Shown: piece after piece, positions 1 through 14,466 of the stretch | How positions within the stretch are numbered: position 1 is the first letter of the stretch | Layout: each line of letters begins with the position of its first letter | Assembly: GCA_012026655.1 (NCBI GenBank) | Contig: JAAILG010000675.1 | Location: 1 to 64,000 of the forward strand | DNA: 64,000 nt | Reading direction: 5' to 3' | Origin: Hydrolagus affinis | Taxonomy: Eukaryota | Notes under the pieces: model-generated | The model's input: the letters and a program-made list of their open reading frames with translations, nothing else | Databases searched by the model: none | What the model was told of the DNA's origin: nothing | Program-made: the position numbers and the translations under genes

Positions 1-169
1 GCCGACGAGGAGAGAGTTACCATAGTCGAGCCTTGAGGTGATGTATGCGTGCACAAGTGTTTCGGCAGCGCGGGGGGTGAGGTAATTGCGGAGCCTGGCA
101 ATATTGCGCAGGTGGAAATAAGCGGTGCCGGTCAAGGCGCGGATGTGGGGGAGGAAGGAAAGTTTTTGA

Positions 170-431
170 TCAAAGCGCTTCACATAATATATTGTAAAGT
201 GAATTGACTGTATATTTGTGGGTGAAACGCAGTAACCAATTGCGCACAGCAGTGTCCCACAAACATTTGTGGATTGAAATGACCAATTTTATTATTGTGG
301 ATTTTTTTGGATGGATTATTAAGCATGTGGAGTAAGGAAACTTGCCCAAAGTTTCGCCCTGACCTGCCTGGATTTGAACATAGGTCTCATGCTTGAAAGG
401 CGAGTGCTCTAACCACTAAGATACAGGAGCT
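170..431 (-). mobile_element. tRNA-derived Deu-domain SINE, adjoining an L2 RT fragment (1-170)
   Basis: On the minus strand: tRNA-like head with A/B boxes, core TGTGGGACACTGCTGTGCGCAATTGG, L2-like tail. Same family as more than 20 other copies in the window. Confidence 0.85.
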
Positions 432-769
432 GATGATGGATTACTTATTTTAATGTAAAACAATGCCTTGTTTGTGGGCTTTATTCTTTGTGAAGAATGC
501 GACTAAAGTATATTGTAATTTGTCTCTGGAAATGAAACTCTTCAGATTGGGGTACTGGGAGGTTATATTATATTGGGTCAAAAGGAATGTATAATGATTG
601 TATGAGAAATAATGAGATCCTGAAGATAATAACCATATTTATTAAGAATGTGCAAACATTGTTATACTTTAAATAATTTGTATTACTACTGTACAGTACT
701 TTCAGATTTACTTGACCAGTTTCAAGTATGAAAACAGATTATTAAAGATTAGCATTACATATAGGCATC

Positions 770-1365
770 ATGTACGACCCACAGCTATCCTTCCTTCCTC
801 ACATCCGGTTCCTGACCAAGACCACCTTCCTCCGTGCCACATGCCCGCCTCTAACCGTACTTTCTCCCAGATGCAGCCGAAACATTCGTCCATGAGTTTG
901 TCACCTCCCGACTTGACTTTAGAAATGCCCTCTTCTCCAATCTCTGCAGCTCCACCATGCATAAATTCCAGCTAATCCAAACCGCTGCAGCCCAGATACT
1001 CATCAACACTAAATTCCATGTTCCCATCACACCAGTTCTAGCCATTCTTCACTGGCTCTCTATCACCGAACAGATCATTTCAAGATCTGCACACACGCTT
1101 TCAATTCACTTCATGTCCTGGCACCTTCCTGCCTCTCCGACTTGCTTACCCCCCAAAACTATGCTCCAAAACTCTGGAAAATTCTTCCTCTATCCCTTCC
1201 TCTTGCCCCTTACTTATTCATCTTCAGGTTGCACCTGAAGACCTTCTTCTTGATCTTCTGCTATGGTCACCTCCCACTGGCTCAGCATCAGGTTCTGCCA
1301 GTGTCAAGCACTCTGGGATGCTACTCTGTGTGAAGGGCAGTATATAAACGCAAGTTGTTGTTGTA
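770..1365 (+). mobile_element. Degenerate L2 LINE 3' fragment
   Basis: ORF remnant KFQLIQTAAAQIL...HVPITPVLAILHWL is typical of the L2 ORF2 C-terminus. Tail ...TATATAAACGCAAG(TTG)n. Confidence 0.8.
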
Positions 1366-2734
1366 ATAAATTATGGTGTTATTTATTTACAAAGTAAAAT
1401 TACAGTCCAGGTAATATTTACAGATAATTTATAAATAAAAAAATGCAAAAGAATGAATTGTAGTGCATAATTTTGTTAGATGAGCCAGTGAAATTTGGAA
1501 AACGGTTTAATTGAATTTTGCTACCTAACCAAAGCACAGAAGTGTACATATTTCCCATAAGAATTGCCAATAATTGTGGAACTATGTGTTCTTACTTAAG
1601 AACATATTTACATCACACATAAAGTTACTCAACACAGCTAAGAATGTTCTTACATAACACATATCCATTTATTTTAACCCTATTTGGCCTGTGATAACAT
1701 TGGACATTTAAAAACTAAACATTTGTTTTTTCTTGATAGCTCAATTACAAACATATCTTTTTTTTTCAGTTTTCATTCCAGTAGTCTCTTCTCCTTTAAC
1801 TTTTCATTAAATGCAAATTTGAGAATTTTTCATCCTGAAGGTAAGGGCAGCAGACAGGAGGTATGTTTGGAGTAACTCTAGGATCCTGTAAATCAAACAA
1901 ATTGTAATAAATTTAAATTAATTCTCTTACCTCAATAAGTGGTTTAATTCTGGGTCTAGTCTAATGGGATTAAAATCAACCTAATGTTTAATCTAGTTAT
2001 ATTGTCCAGCATTCTTTAGCTCTTCTGATGAAGCAAAGTGCATACATCAGCTGCTAATTTGACAACGTTTGACATATGGCATGCTTTGAAGCATAGACAT
2101 AGTATAAATGCTGAGGAGATTGAATTCAGTTTTGATCAATACATGCAAAGGTGATTTGATCTTTCTGTATAAATTCTGTATGACCTGGGATTATCTGGTT
2201 GGGAAGCAAAAACACCACACAGCACTGACCTTTTCTCTCAACTTTGTGTTAATGTTTGTTTTACAATATATTGTGTGAAGCACTTGGAGATGTTTCGAAG
2301 ATATACAGTGCTATATCAAATGCAAGGATTATTATTATTAAATCTCAGCAAATAAAAGGCTAATTCAGCCTGAATGCACATATGTACATATAGGTAAATG
2401 AGCACATTCACATGTATTCAGTGTGTCTATTCATATAATGCGTCTACCTTCAATTGTCTGGGTGACCAACAAGTTGTGATACCATTACAATGCCTAATAA
2501 ATCTTAAAGAAACTATATTTTATTTAGTTAATAAAGGGTATCTGAAAAATAAAGACTTTTTGGTCACCTTGTATATGTACAGTGCGTGTATGTGCATGTA
2601 ATGATTTTGGATGCACATGTATATATAGAGTAAATGTACACATGGTATGTTTATCATGATCTGGATGCACATGTGTACTGTATAGTAAATAGTGTATATG
2701 TACATACAGTGTATAAATTATACAGTGCATATGT

Positions 2735-3060
2735 GAGAGGATCTAGATAATTAAAAGGGGAGGACAAGTTTGCAGGGCTATGGGTAGCGGGATTGATTTG
2801 GACAGCTCTTTTCAAAGAGCCGGCACAGACACAAATGGGCTCCTTCTCTGCTGTATAATTCTATGATTCTATGACTTGCTTTCAATTCCCAGACAGGGTG
2901 AAACCTTAGGCAAGTTTCCTTACTCCTCGCGTCTCTGTTTACCTAGCTGTAAGTGGGAACCCAGTTATTATTACCCGCTTCACCCCCAAAATATTACAGC
3001 CAATTCGGTTTACAGTCTATTCTGTTGAAGCGCTTTGAGGCGCCTGGATGACGTGACGAG
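2735..3060 (+). mobile_element. CR1 3' end followed by a partial long-form SINE
   Basis: GGCACAGACACAAATGGGC...(ATTCTATG)2 CR1 tail, then SINE body from about 2876. Confidence 0.65.
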
Positions 3061-3099
3061 GTTTATTGCACATTATGTAGAAATGCATTGTAAGGAGCC

Positions 3100-3800
3100 T
3101 GGATGTACATAACTGTGCGCACGCGCAGCTGCGTGCCGTGCGTGAGCCGACAGGCTGGCTGGCTAGCGCATGCGCAATGGTCGCGGCGCAGGTGCTACTG
3201 CTGGAAGTTGTGGGGAGCAGCGAGCCAAAGACGGACGGACGTGTGGGTGGAGAAATTGAGTGAAGTTAAAAGCTCTGGGATTGGGTGTGGGTGTGTATAT
3301 TATTACATGTGAAACCAAAACGTACACGTATGTAAAGTCAGCTCTTAGAAGTGGGACAACATCGTTGTTTTGGTTCCGTTTTGTTGTTAGTTTGGCTTGA
3401 AGCTAAGGAGGAGGAGGCGGTGTGTGTGTGCGCGGTGGGGACGAGCCGGCAGGTGAGTGATGCGAGTGAGTCTGTGTTACCTGGAGCGCGCGTCGCCAAC
3501 CAACCAACCGATTTAACCGCCGCTGCTTCTAACTGCCAGCGTTCAAAAAGCAGGCGCGAGGCATAGCTCACTCCCCCCGTTAAAGGGGAGGGGGATTCTG
3601 TTAAAGGGGCAGAGACTTCTCTCAGCTTTGGACAATCTCTGCGACTGCTGAACCGGGGTCACCAGCTCCCAGTTGGCCCTACACGACAAGTCGCCACCCC
3701 GTTGTCATTCCGAATTCCCCCGGCCTTGTCCAGCCTGATCCCGGTTCCAGCTCCTGTAGGCCGGAATAGGCGGTATCCGGCCCCACTGGCAAAGTGCTTA
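3100..3800 (+). promoter_or_regulatory. RAB3IP: CpG-island promoter of RAB3IP with two NRF1-type sites
   Basis: Sharp GC/CpG-rich island in AT-rich background. TGCGCACGCGCA at 3116-3127 and GCGCATGCGC at 3166-3175 match the NRF1 consensus. The island lies upstream of a strong splice donor at 3452. Confidence 0.75.
3200..3452 (+). other. RAB3IP: RAB3IP non-coding exon 1 (start approximate)
   Basis: Consensus donor CAG|GTGAGT at 3452/3453 inside the CpG island. The TSS cannot be determined from sequence. Confidence 0.6.
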
Positions 3801-6800
3801 CTGTCCGCGAAAGCAGGCAACTCACAAGCTATAGCGTTTGGCTCCTGAAAAAGCAAGATGCTTGTGAACAGCTTTTTAAGCTACCTGTATATATTTTACA
3901 ATAACTTTTTCTGATTTCGTGCATCGTCTGGAAAACTGAATACAACTGGGTTATTCAGTATTACGAGTGGGTTGGAGAGGTGAGCGAGGGATTTTGGATT
4001 TAATCCAATAAGAATGATAGGATTTCGCAAATCTCCCTGTGCTTTGTGTTGCAAAAAAAAAGTCGACGTGCAAGCGACGGTTTCCTTGCTAAAGATTGTG
4101 TTGCAAGCTAAGGTAAGATACAAGGGAGCTCGCAACTATACATACATTTTCTTTGCACCTTAAAATCTCAGTTATACTAAATGCAGTAGCGGTAAATCTG
4201 AGAAGGTACCAAATCAACCAGCGCTGCGCCATAACTGTACTACACATTTGCTGAATAGTTAACGAGAAGATTATTTGCACCACCCTTGATGCCACCTTTC
4301 TGGACATCAGTTTGTTTTCTATGATTGGATTGACATCAGCATTGTAAGTATTAGCAATCCCTAGTAATGTGCTGCTTTAATCCTCTGCCCAATTGTATGC
4401 TGGTAAAGCTTTGCTCCCCCTAGATCCACAAAGTTGCTGACTGACCATCTGCTTCTCTTCCTGAATCTTCTCAATCTATGTCAGCATGTACATCTCTCTC
4501 CCACACTCTGGATATGTTAATGCAGCAATTTTAAGTGTATTTCTCTTTTTCTACTATCAGTTGTTATCTCTGGAGGTACTACTTGTATTGAAACATTATT
4601 GCTTGTAACAAGGAGTGCCCAATAAACTTTTATTTTTGTTTGTTAGTTATTTTAATTAGATGAGTAGCTTAAGTAAATGAGTAGTTTAACGATGCATATA
4701 GCTCCAAACATGCTCGCTCTACCATATACTGTACTGTATAAATTGTTAAAAGTATAGTCTCAGTAAACAAAAACAGCTTTTCATCACTAAAACTAGGACT
4801 GAAGTTATTGATGTTATTGTGATGTGAAACCCTACAGAATAATATTGCTATGTGATTCAAGGAAATTTATTCAGTTTACATTATTGCCCATATTCTTTCC
4901 TTTATTATTTTCATATATACACCTTTGAAGGTTCTTTATAGAAATAATTATTATATTATGTACCCTTCCTTCATCCAGTGGAGGAACATTGGTCGACATG
5001 AACCAAGATAGTCTAATTACATAACGAGTGATAAATTGATTAAAAAGAAATCAGATGGGGAACATTATAAAGTTAAGACGTTGGTAAATATATTCAGACA
5101 GCTTCATGATTGCTTGAAGCCTGTGTTGATCATCAAGGATTTATTATTTATTATCTTTCCTGGTAATGTTGAGTACTCTGCCCATGTGTGGCTATTCACT
5201 GCTCTTGTTGTTAGTGGGTTCATCATTCTGTAACAGCAAATCACCATCCGATCTTCAATAACACACTAGAAATAAACCCATTTGTGAGAAAGATATAATA
5301 ATTTGTGATTAATTGTATTTGATAATGTAAACATTGGCTTCCACTGATGTGGGATTATTTCAGTCGGGAATGAACTTTTTTTTATACTACCTCTTGGAGT
5401 TAGACCTGATTTAGTTGCTGGAACTGAGTGTAATTTGGGAATGTAAATTGCAAGTGTGAAGGAGTAGTTATTTTTCACTTTAATGCAAAAATAGTATAAG
5501 AAATCACCTTTCATGTTCAAGTTTATGCTGTCTTTAATTTGGGCATTCCAATAAATAACCTGATAAATTATATAACAGAGCTGCTTTCACTGATTCCCTT
5601 TGCTTTTATCGTTGTTTGTGCTCCATGTTATCAGTCATATCACTTGATAAGGATCTCAAACATTGCCTAAATATCATTGATAGAAGGAAAGTGTGCCTTC
5701 TTGTTTTAGAGTGTGTTGTGTTGGAGCGACAGACCTTAGTTAATGTCTATAATTTTTCATTTTAACCAGCCTAGAGATAGAGAATCAATTTCTCAATGAA
5801 AGTTCAAAAATGCGCTCATGAGTGATCTGCATTCATTAAATTTTGATGTACATTTAAAATAAAAGGGCAGAAAAAAATGCCCAGGTATCATTTGCTTAGG
5901 TCAGATAATATCTAGATAATTAGTGACAGGATCTAATACTTCACTTTGGGCAATCTGAATCCGAGTGAACATTAGTTTAAACATTCTACCCAGAATTAGA
6001 CAATATCTTGCATTAGGTGCTGCAATGCTCATCTAAATGTTTTCTTTGGGGGAAAGGGACATTTCATGATGATGTTTTATACATTAGTTAGTTGAACTCT
6101 AAGGCATCATCTTTCCAGTTTCTGCAACTAGGAACCAAAGCACCTTTGCTGACATTTTGATGGGGGTAAGGGGAGAGACTACAAAATGTCCAAGACGAGT
6201 GGTGTTGCACAGATTGTTCCCTGAATTCATGTTAGATGAGGCTTTTTTTGTTTGTTGTTCGATTTCCCCCACTCCACAGTTTCCTTAAGTGGTAGAGTCA
6301 CTCTAGATGTATTGTTTCATGTGTTAGTTGCATTTTGGGACTTCACTAAGTTTGCATTCTATCCATTTTTCATAGAGATTAGAGAGAAATTTAGAGAGAT
6401 TAAAACCTCGGAACCTCACTTTCCAGTCGTATCACTCAATTCACAATGGCTATTGGATATACCAATTGAGCCATAAGTTTGTGGGGAGTATGATTTGGTG
6501 AGTTTCAAAGAATAAAGGAAAAGGAATTTTCAAATGACTAAAATTGTATACAAGTTTGGGAGCATTGCAATTTTTCTCCCTTGATTTTGAAGTTTGTTTT
6601 GAATTGCCAGTCTAGTGCCTAGAAACTGTGCAAATGACTGTTGTGGGAATGGAAGTAACGTCTTGATGCCGTAGTCAGAAGTAGTCTTCTGAGGTTTGGG
6701 TTACTATTCATTGTTGAAACAATGTAAATTAAGCTTTCCTCTGCACCTGACCTTGGAATACTTGATGCTAGTGCTGCAAAATATTCCGGTAATTTCCTCA

Positions 6801-9800
6801 ATACAAATGTCAGTAAAATATATGCCTTTCTTTTTTTAAAACAAACTTGCCTTTTCATTTTTTAAGAAATTGCTAGAAGTAAAGATATGAATTTGAAGGA
6901 ATGTTAATATATTGATAAAACACTTATTGCTTTTATATTGTTCAGATTTATTGCACCTTGAAATAACATTTATTGGGAAATAATGTAGTTGTTTTATAAC
7001 CTATCCCTTTGAATTCTTACTTGATGGAGCCGTGTTCATGTCTGGGCACCTTAATGAAGCGTAAATAATTTATGTTCCTACTCTGTGCTTTTGAATAAAT
7101 AAAGGGAGCTCACAAGTTTATGTGGCAGCTGTCGTTTGTAATGTGTTGGATGCTATGATAATGACTTCATCAAATTAGTTCGTGGGTAGCTGTAACTGGT
7201 GAGAATTTTTTGAAATTATCATCATAAGATGCAACCACATTGTTTTATTAATATTCTTAATTACCAATTTTTAAAAAAATTTGTGTCTTTTTTTATTAGT
7301 AACGCTTTCACAACAAAATGATCACTTTCACTTAACCCCCCCCCCCCCCCTACCATTTTGTATTAATCTCTTAAATTCCACCAATGAGAAAACTCATTTT
7401 GAGAAAATGCATCTTACCTTTTCACCTCGGGGTCAGCTGGTAAAAGCGAGAAAAGTTTTAAAATGTCATTCAGAAATATATGATAAAAAGGCAGACTTTA
7501 CAATGTGCTTCCTGATGAACTGAAAACCACTTTCAGAATTCATTTAATGTTCTTAAACCAATCTACATCATTGCTTGTTTTTTGAATCCTGAAAGTCAGG
7601 TGGTAACACAATTCATTGATTTGGTTGTTTGGGAATACTTTTTTTTAAAAGCTGATTAAGTGGAACCTTGGATTTGTAATAATGCATAGAGATTATTGGC
7701 ATTGTCAGGCATTCCTTTTCAATTACAATTTACTTGCCAATTTCTTATTACTCCCTTCTTCCTTTGAAAGTACTGTTTCTTGCTGGTGTACTATTCCTCA
7801 GCAGTTGACAGATTCTGATTGGCTAAGTGTGTATTCTTTATACATGAATTTAGAAAGTGGACAGCAACAAACTATTTAATAGTGAAGAGTACACAACTGA
7901 AGCCAATTATGTGGTCCTATATCCATATCCTTTCATTTACATTATTTAGTAGCAGATACACAATATCTGATAGTTTAAAAAGACAATATATCATAAACTA
8001 TACAATATTTTTTTTTAGATTCCTTTCTAAGCAAAACAATTGTTGGTGTTGCTGACATTTGGAAATTGTGTCCATTTAATGTTTGTAGTTTATGGTATCC
8101 ACTTTAAAGTAACCACCTTAACGGTCTAAATGGAAGTATTCTTCGTAATTTTCAAAATAATGTATCTCAATAGTGTAAACCATAGATTCCAAAGTGGAAT
8201 TCATTGCCATGATGAGCATTATTGAAACATTATACAGTACAGTAATATTATGCCATTCTATTCATTAAATGTGAGTATTAGCAATTAATTAAATTGTTCA
8301 CTTGACAATTCCAAAAATATAAAACAAAACAGTTGAATCACATTAACAGCTCAAAGAACAAAAATGGAATGTTACATTTTTCCTTGGGTAACAGAGTGGA
8401 GAATTTGCTGGAATATCCAGTTCTAAATGTGGCAGATTAAGTTGGAGCCAGGTATTACAACCAATGTCTGTTCTCGCCTGACAAATCTCACTGTAAAAAC
8501 CCATTTGGCTGCTGGGTTTTGAAACAGGTTTTATTGTGGGATTTCAGTGGCAAGTGGATGTAACTTTTATTGAATTTTAAATATTTGCTGAATAACTTGC
8601 TATGCGCAAAATTGGAAAGCGTTAATCAAATCTGGTGCATATTTTATGAAAATGTTCAGTTCTAAATGATACATTGCTGAGAAACATTTATTACAACCCT
8701 CTGTGAGTCAGAAATTATTATTTAACAATGTCAAAAATGTTATTAATTTGCAACCTGATTGCAAAATTTTCCTCTTATGGAAGTTTTCATTGAACTTCTG
8801 AAATATGAATAGTTAACTTTCTTTGCATTGGACAAACTTTAAGCTCCACTTTGAGAGTCAGAGAGCCATGATAGAAGAACAGAAGCATTACTTTAGTTTG
8901 GTTTTACTCCAATTGCAAATTATGGTATGGAAAGTATATCAATCTCACCATGCACAAATTGAATGGACTACAAGTGGCCCTATATTCAAGTTTAGACAGT
9001 TACATCTTTCTGGATAGCATCAGCATTGCTCCTTGGTTGCACTGTCCTGGATTTGATAATGGTTTACTCAGTAATTATTGAAAACAATATTCCGTGATGT
9101 TACCACACATGCACCTTTGTTTGATAATTGCATTTAATCTTTATGGGTGCAAACAAAGGATCGAGGATGGCTGGAAATTCGACCAGAATCCTTAAACTTC
9201 AACACCGTTCGCTGTTAGCTTTGGTGCTCTGTAGAAAGTTCTATGAATCCAGTGCTGCTCCATTATAGTCCTGTTAGTGGCAGTTTTCCCTGTTGCACAT
9301 TTTTGCATGTGCACTGTAAATACTAGATGTCTTTGTCAGTTGGTAGAATGACCAGGAGCCTATTACTCATCCCTTATGCATTAGTTCTCAGTCAAGTTTC
9401 AAATTCCACATAAATAAGATCATTAGAGTACAATTTCAGCTGTCAACAACAGTCTGCTATGTTGTCAGATTCCAGCAGCAAGCCTTTAATTGCATTGATG
9501 TCTTTGGCATATCTTAATCCCATGTTGTCAACAATTACAAAATTTTGCAAGACATTTATTGATATACTAATTGTACTCATTTAAAAATGTAATTTTGTTG
9601 TTGTTGCTGCGGCTTAGTGCTTGTGTTCCTTATTTTCTTCCCACTGCCACTTGGTTACTCCATGTGTAACTGCAGTGAAAAATGCAAAACTGAAATTAAT
9701 TTTATGTAATAATTCATAGACGATAGGAGATTCCTGAAAACAAATATGCCTATGTCACTCCCAAATGCATGACCTATCCGTGAGGTATAAATCATGTCTC

Positions 9801-9872
9801 TACGTCAGTTGGTTATTGAGATCATTCTTGAAGCGCACGCAGACAGATGGACATTGGTGTTTTGTTAAATCC

Positions 9873-10146
9873 TCCTTGCATTTTTGATGTAGCACTTTTC
9901 ACGTCTTTTAGAGTATCAAAGTTCTTTAGAATATACTGTCAAGTGAATTGACTGTATATTGGGCGAAATGCAGCAAGCAATTGTGCACAGCAGTGTCCCA
10001 CAAACAATCATGGATTGAAATTTTTTTCTTGAGGGGTTATCAGGTGTTTAATATAAGGCAACTTGCAAAGGTTTTACCCTGCTAGGAGTCGAACCCAGGT
10101 CTCTCACATATGAGGCGAGTGCTCTAGCCACTGAGTTACAGGACTC
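9873..10146 (-). mobile_element. tRNA/Deu SINE, near full length
   Basis: Matches the family consensus from head to tail. Confidence 0.85.
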
Positions 10147-11676
10147 TGCATTAGTATAATACATGAGTTTTATTGGTATAATAAGAAGATAGATAGATGG
10201 AATATTGTGAATATTTTAACCCATCAGTCCCATGCTCAGGTCCCATGCTCAGGTCCCTACTCCTGACTGTTCAGCGCCTTGGGGTCCTCCTGTTGTGACG
10301 GGCACTATATAAATGCAATTTTGTTGTTGTTATCATTCAGTCGTTTGCATTTAAGAATGGATTACAATTAACATCTTCATTGGGATGTCCTCCTGACCGG
10401 AAAGGTGCTATACAATTGCAATTTTGGTTGCTGATGTTCTCTTCATGTGCTCCTTTGGTAGGCTCTCAATAAGTTTAAACTTTTTTTATGATTCAAAATG
10501 TGATGCTAATCAGTTTTCATATATTAAAAAAGACATTAACTTTAGTTGACTTGTGTCTTTTACTTGAATATAAAAAAAAGTAGGCAAGATCAAGAGTCTT
10601 TTTTTGATTGGCTCGTGAAAGTAGAAACTGAAGAATAAAACCCTTTAAGCTTGAAATTTAAACTTATTTTCAGTTGAGTTCATCATTGCAGCCACTGAGT
10701 TTGATGAGCTAGATTTTGTAGGTTAATTAAATAGATTTTGATTTGGGAATAATGTGTACCGAATCAAATAGTGTAATTTGGAATAATGTGTGCTGAAACA
10801 TTTATTAGAAGTATCATACCTCAATTTATACCGTACAAAGTAAACCACAGCTATTTGTGAATCAACCTATAAGAACTGTTTCTATCACTTAAAATATAAC
10901 TGGGTTTAATTAAATTTAAATTAAAACACAAAATACTGGAAATGTTGACTCACTTTTTCTTTCTCCATAGATGCTTCCTGACCTGCTGAGTGTATCCAGC
11001 GATTTCTGTTTTTGTAACATGTTTTAATGCCTTGTATGCAACTAATTATTTTTCATATTTCTAGAAGTAAAATCCATTTTTATATAGATTTCTCTAAAAG
11101 ACATAGGAAACTTTAACTGTAAAAATGCAGTTCAACATCACAAAAATTTAATTCCAACTGAGCCAGAGAAAGAAATGCTTTAAATATTTTAGTGTTATTC
11201 AGTGGTTCACACTGCATCCATTGTTAAACCAGAGGAGCAAATTTATTTTCAATTTAGTAATGGCTGAATTTTCAAATCTAGTAAACTGAGTCAAGTAGTG
11301 CTGCTGTGTGTTTTAGTTGTTTTCATTAAGCTGTAACTGTTTAGCAGCATCAGGAAGATTGTTTTAGTACTTCTACTATAATATTTTTTCTTATATAACA
11401 TTTTATTATTTATAGTTATGAAAGCGGAACAAAATTTGTAAGGTTGCACATCCCTGGAAGCTAGATGCTGATCTACAGTGGACAGTGAAATTTATCCAAT
11501 TTTTTATGGTAAGTTGTGTTTCTTTCCTGCTATACATATATAATATATTATATAAATGTGTGGTCTATTTTTAATAAGTAATGTCATTTGAAACCTTTGA
11601 AGCAAAATTACAAATTTGTAGCAACTTAAAGAAAAAAAAGTTCTAATTGTAAGGGTAGAATGAAGCCTATTTGCAA

Positions 11677-11776
11677 NNNNNNNNNNNNNNNNNNNNNNNN
11701 NNNNNNNNNNNNNNNNNNNNNNNNNNNNNNNNNNNNNNNNNNNNNNNNNNNNNNNNNNNNNNNNNNNNNNNNNNNN
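11677..11776. other. Assembly gap (100 N), followed by the 3' half of a + strand SINE (11777-11945)
   Basis: N run seen directly. Confidence 0.99.
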
Positions 11777-12379
11777 ATTTCAATCCACGACTGTGTGTGG
11801 GACACTGCTGTGCGCAATTGGCTGCCGCAATTTGCCCACAAATATATACAGTCAATTCACTTTACAGTATATTCTGTGAAGCGCTTTGGGACGTTGATAA
11901 GATGTGGAAAGCGCTATATCAAATGCAAGGATTATTATTATTATTAAGTTCTTTTCTCCTGGGAACAAAGTAGTCCACAAAGTATTCTGAGTCACATCTG
12001 AGGGAACCCTTTTCTCCATCGATGAAAACACGTTTTTCTACTTTCGGGTTTCTTGGTGGGAGTGGTTTTAGACTTAATATAAAGTGACTCATTGAATTCC
12101 ATGCAAACTACTGTGATCAGAAGGAAGTCAGTAGCCCAAATTCTTGCTTTCATCCATATCTGGTGATTTGAAACGAGTTGACTGTATTGACTATTATCCA
12201 GTGTCATTTATGTATTTTTATCTATTTTGGTGGACACTGTTCACTTATCCTATATAATGGCCACTAAAGTTTTTTTTAAACTGATATTCACGGATAATAT
12301 TTTTTAATGGTGCAAGTAGATTTGTTTTATATTTTAAAATAATCTATTTTCGCTTAAGATGGTTTGGTAATACAGTTAA

Positions 12380-12940
12380 CCCTCGTCAAAGGCGACTATC
12401 GATTGCGAATTAAAGCATACGTGATGAAAAAAAAGCATCACTTTTTTGCTCAGGGCATGTAAAACTTGTGTGCACGCGCTGGCTGGCCCCGCGCACATGC
12501 GCACTTGTGAGGGCGCCGGCAGCACCCGAGTAAATCTGATGATTCCTCGGCTGACTGGCCCTGCACGCAATGCACCCTTGGGACAGTCCAATAACTCTTT
12601 GGCCTCGGAGCATTGCATGATAAACTGAAGAGAGAGAGAGAGAGAGTCTCCTAACACCAGGAACAAAGGTAAAATACTTTAGCCAAGCTGTGGTTTTATT
12701 GCTTTATTCTTTATTGCTTTGCGATACTGTTGCTTTATTGCTGGAGCAGGCCAGCTGGCTGTAGCCTGCCTCAGTACGTACTTTGCTTTGGTCGGGTGTG
12801 GATGTGCCTGGAGGCTTGAGGTGGGTAGCCTTTGGCTGGATTCCCCTAACCCCCCTTTCCCATTACTTGTGAACCTTATCCAATGCTATTTTACAGATTG
12901 TGCAGTTTTCCAGGAATGTAACCCCCGTGATTGACGAGGG
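12380..12940. mobile_element. Non-autonomous piggyBac-like element
   Basis: TTAA|CCCTCGTCAA ... TTGACGAGGG|TTAA: perfect 10-bp TIRs with TTAA target duplication. Interior is GC/CpG-rich. Confidence 0.8.
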
Positions 12941-14466
12941 TTAAGTGTATGCCAATTTCTTAAATTGCACCTCACTGCAATGCGAGTTCTGAGATTCCAC
13001 GCATAATAATAATAATAATGTGATAGGTCCTCGAGTAAGACAATTCTGGGAATACACTTCCATCCCAAACCCCACTTGATTGCAATATGAAAAAATTGCA
13101 ATCAATACTCCTCTATCCTGCCCCTCCCCCATGCTAGTAGTCCCAACCCCTGACTATTCAGCGTCTTGGGACGACCTTCCAACGTGAAAGGCGCCCTATA
13201 AGTGTAATTTTGTTGTCATTGTTGCTTCATGTTGAGAGGACATCCCAAAGCGATGGACAGTCAGTGTTTTGGACCTGACAATTTATTGTTAAAACTGCAG
13301 ACCTTTAAATTGTTATTGCAGATTGAACAAAACAAGAGCGAGTATGAATTCACTCCAGTTACACTCAGTAATTCTCAAGTATCTTATTCTGACTTGCTGA
13401 ACATCAATACCAGACAAATCCTTGAGGTTGAAAACTTTACACTGTATAGACAGCATTGGGTCGGTCCTTTTTAAAAATGTTTGTAAAATCCTCTAACCCT
13501 AGATATGTTATTTAAATATTCCTGCTTTTAGAGTTTGCATTCTTCTTATTTGCAAAGCTGAGGAGGGGTTGGGTGGGGAAGGGGGTCTGTGGGGAGGACA
13601 AAAGCAGACAGACAGACCGACAGGCAGAGAGGACATTTGACACATGCTGTTTCATATAACTACCAATAATCCCTAAAAAAAAAATTGCTCATTTCACTTT
13701 ATGTCTGTTTGTGGGACATTGCTATGTGCAATTGTCTGCAGGGTTTCGTCCATATATGTACAGTCAATTCACTTCACAGTATATTTTGTGAAGCGCTTTG
13801 AGATATCTAGAAGATGTGAAAAGGCTATATCAATGCAAGGATTATTATTATTAATACCAAACCCAGGAATGCATGCTCAATAAAATGCAAGGTTAAACCA
13901 GTTCTCAGAACACAATACAATTTGTATGATGTCACTCACATCAGAAGATTGTCTCAAAGTGCTTAAATGGAATGCTTATCCAATAGGAGATCCAGTATGC
14001 TGCAATGTCAGTTACAGAAATCTGCGTATGATGGGCTAAATCTCAGGCAAGCCAGTTCCAGGAATATATGTATTATTTTATATGTGCATCAAGCAGACAT
14101 TCCTAAATAAATCCTGATTTTCAACAACAACAAAATTACATTTGCATAATGCCTTTCTTGTTGGGAGGACGTCCCAAAGTGCTGGACAATCAGTATTTTG
14201 GACCCATGCTAGGTTTAGGGTTTGGCGAAGGTGGAGGACATTGGCGGGAAGGAGGGTGATAAAGGCACAGTTGAAGAGGAAGTGTGTTGGGATGGGTCAT
14301 CAAGGAGGCAAGTGTGGGGTGGAGGCACTGCGGGATAAATTTATTTGTTGATTCTCACCCTCCTCGTATTGTTCGATTAATAAAAGATCCTGAAAAATAG
14401 GCAGGTTTTTACTTTATCAAATTATTTTACTGTTTCCGAAACAGCAAAAACTGTAATACTATAAAG

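Noticed and set aside
3103-3856. Several short ORFs in the CpG island
   Set aside because: Expected in GC-rich promoter DNA; no homology recognised.
11626-11973. ORFs containing X runs
   Set aside because: Artefacts of the 100-N gap plus SINE sequence.
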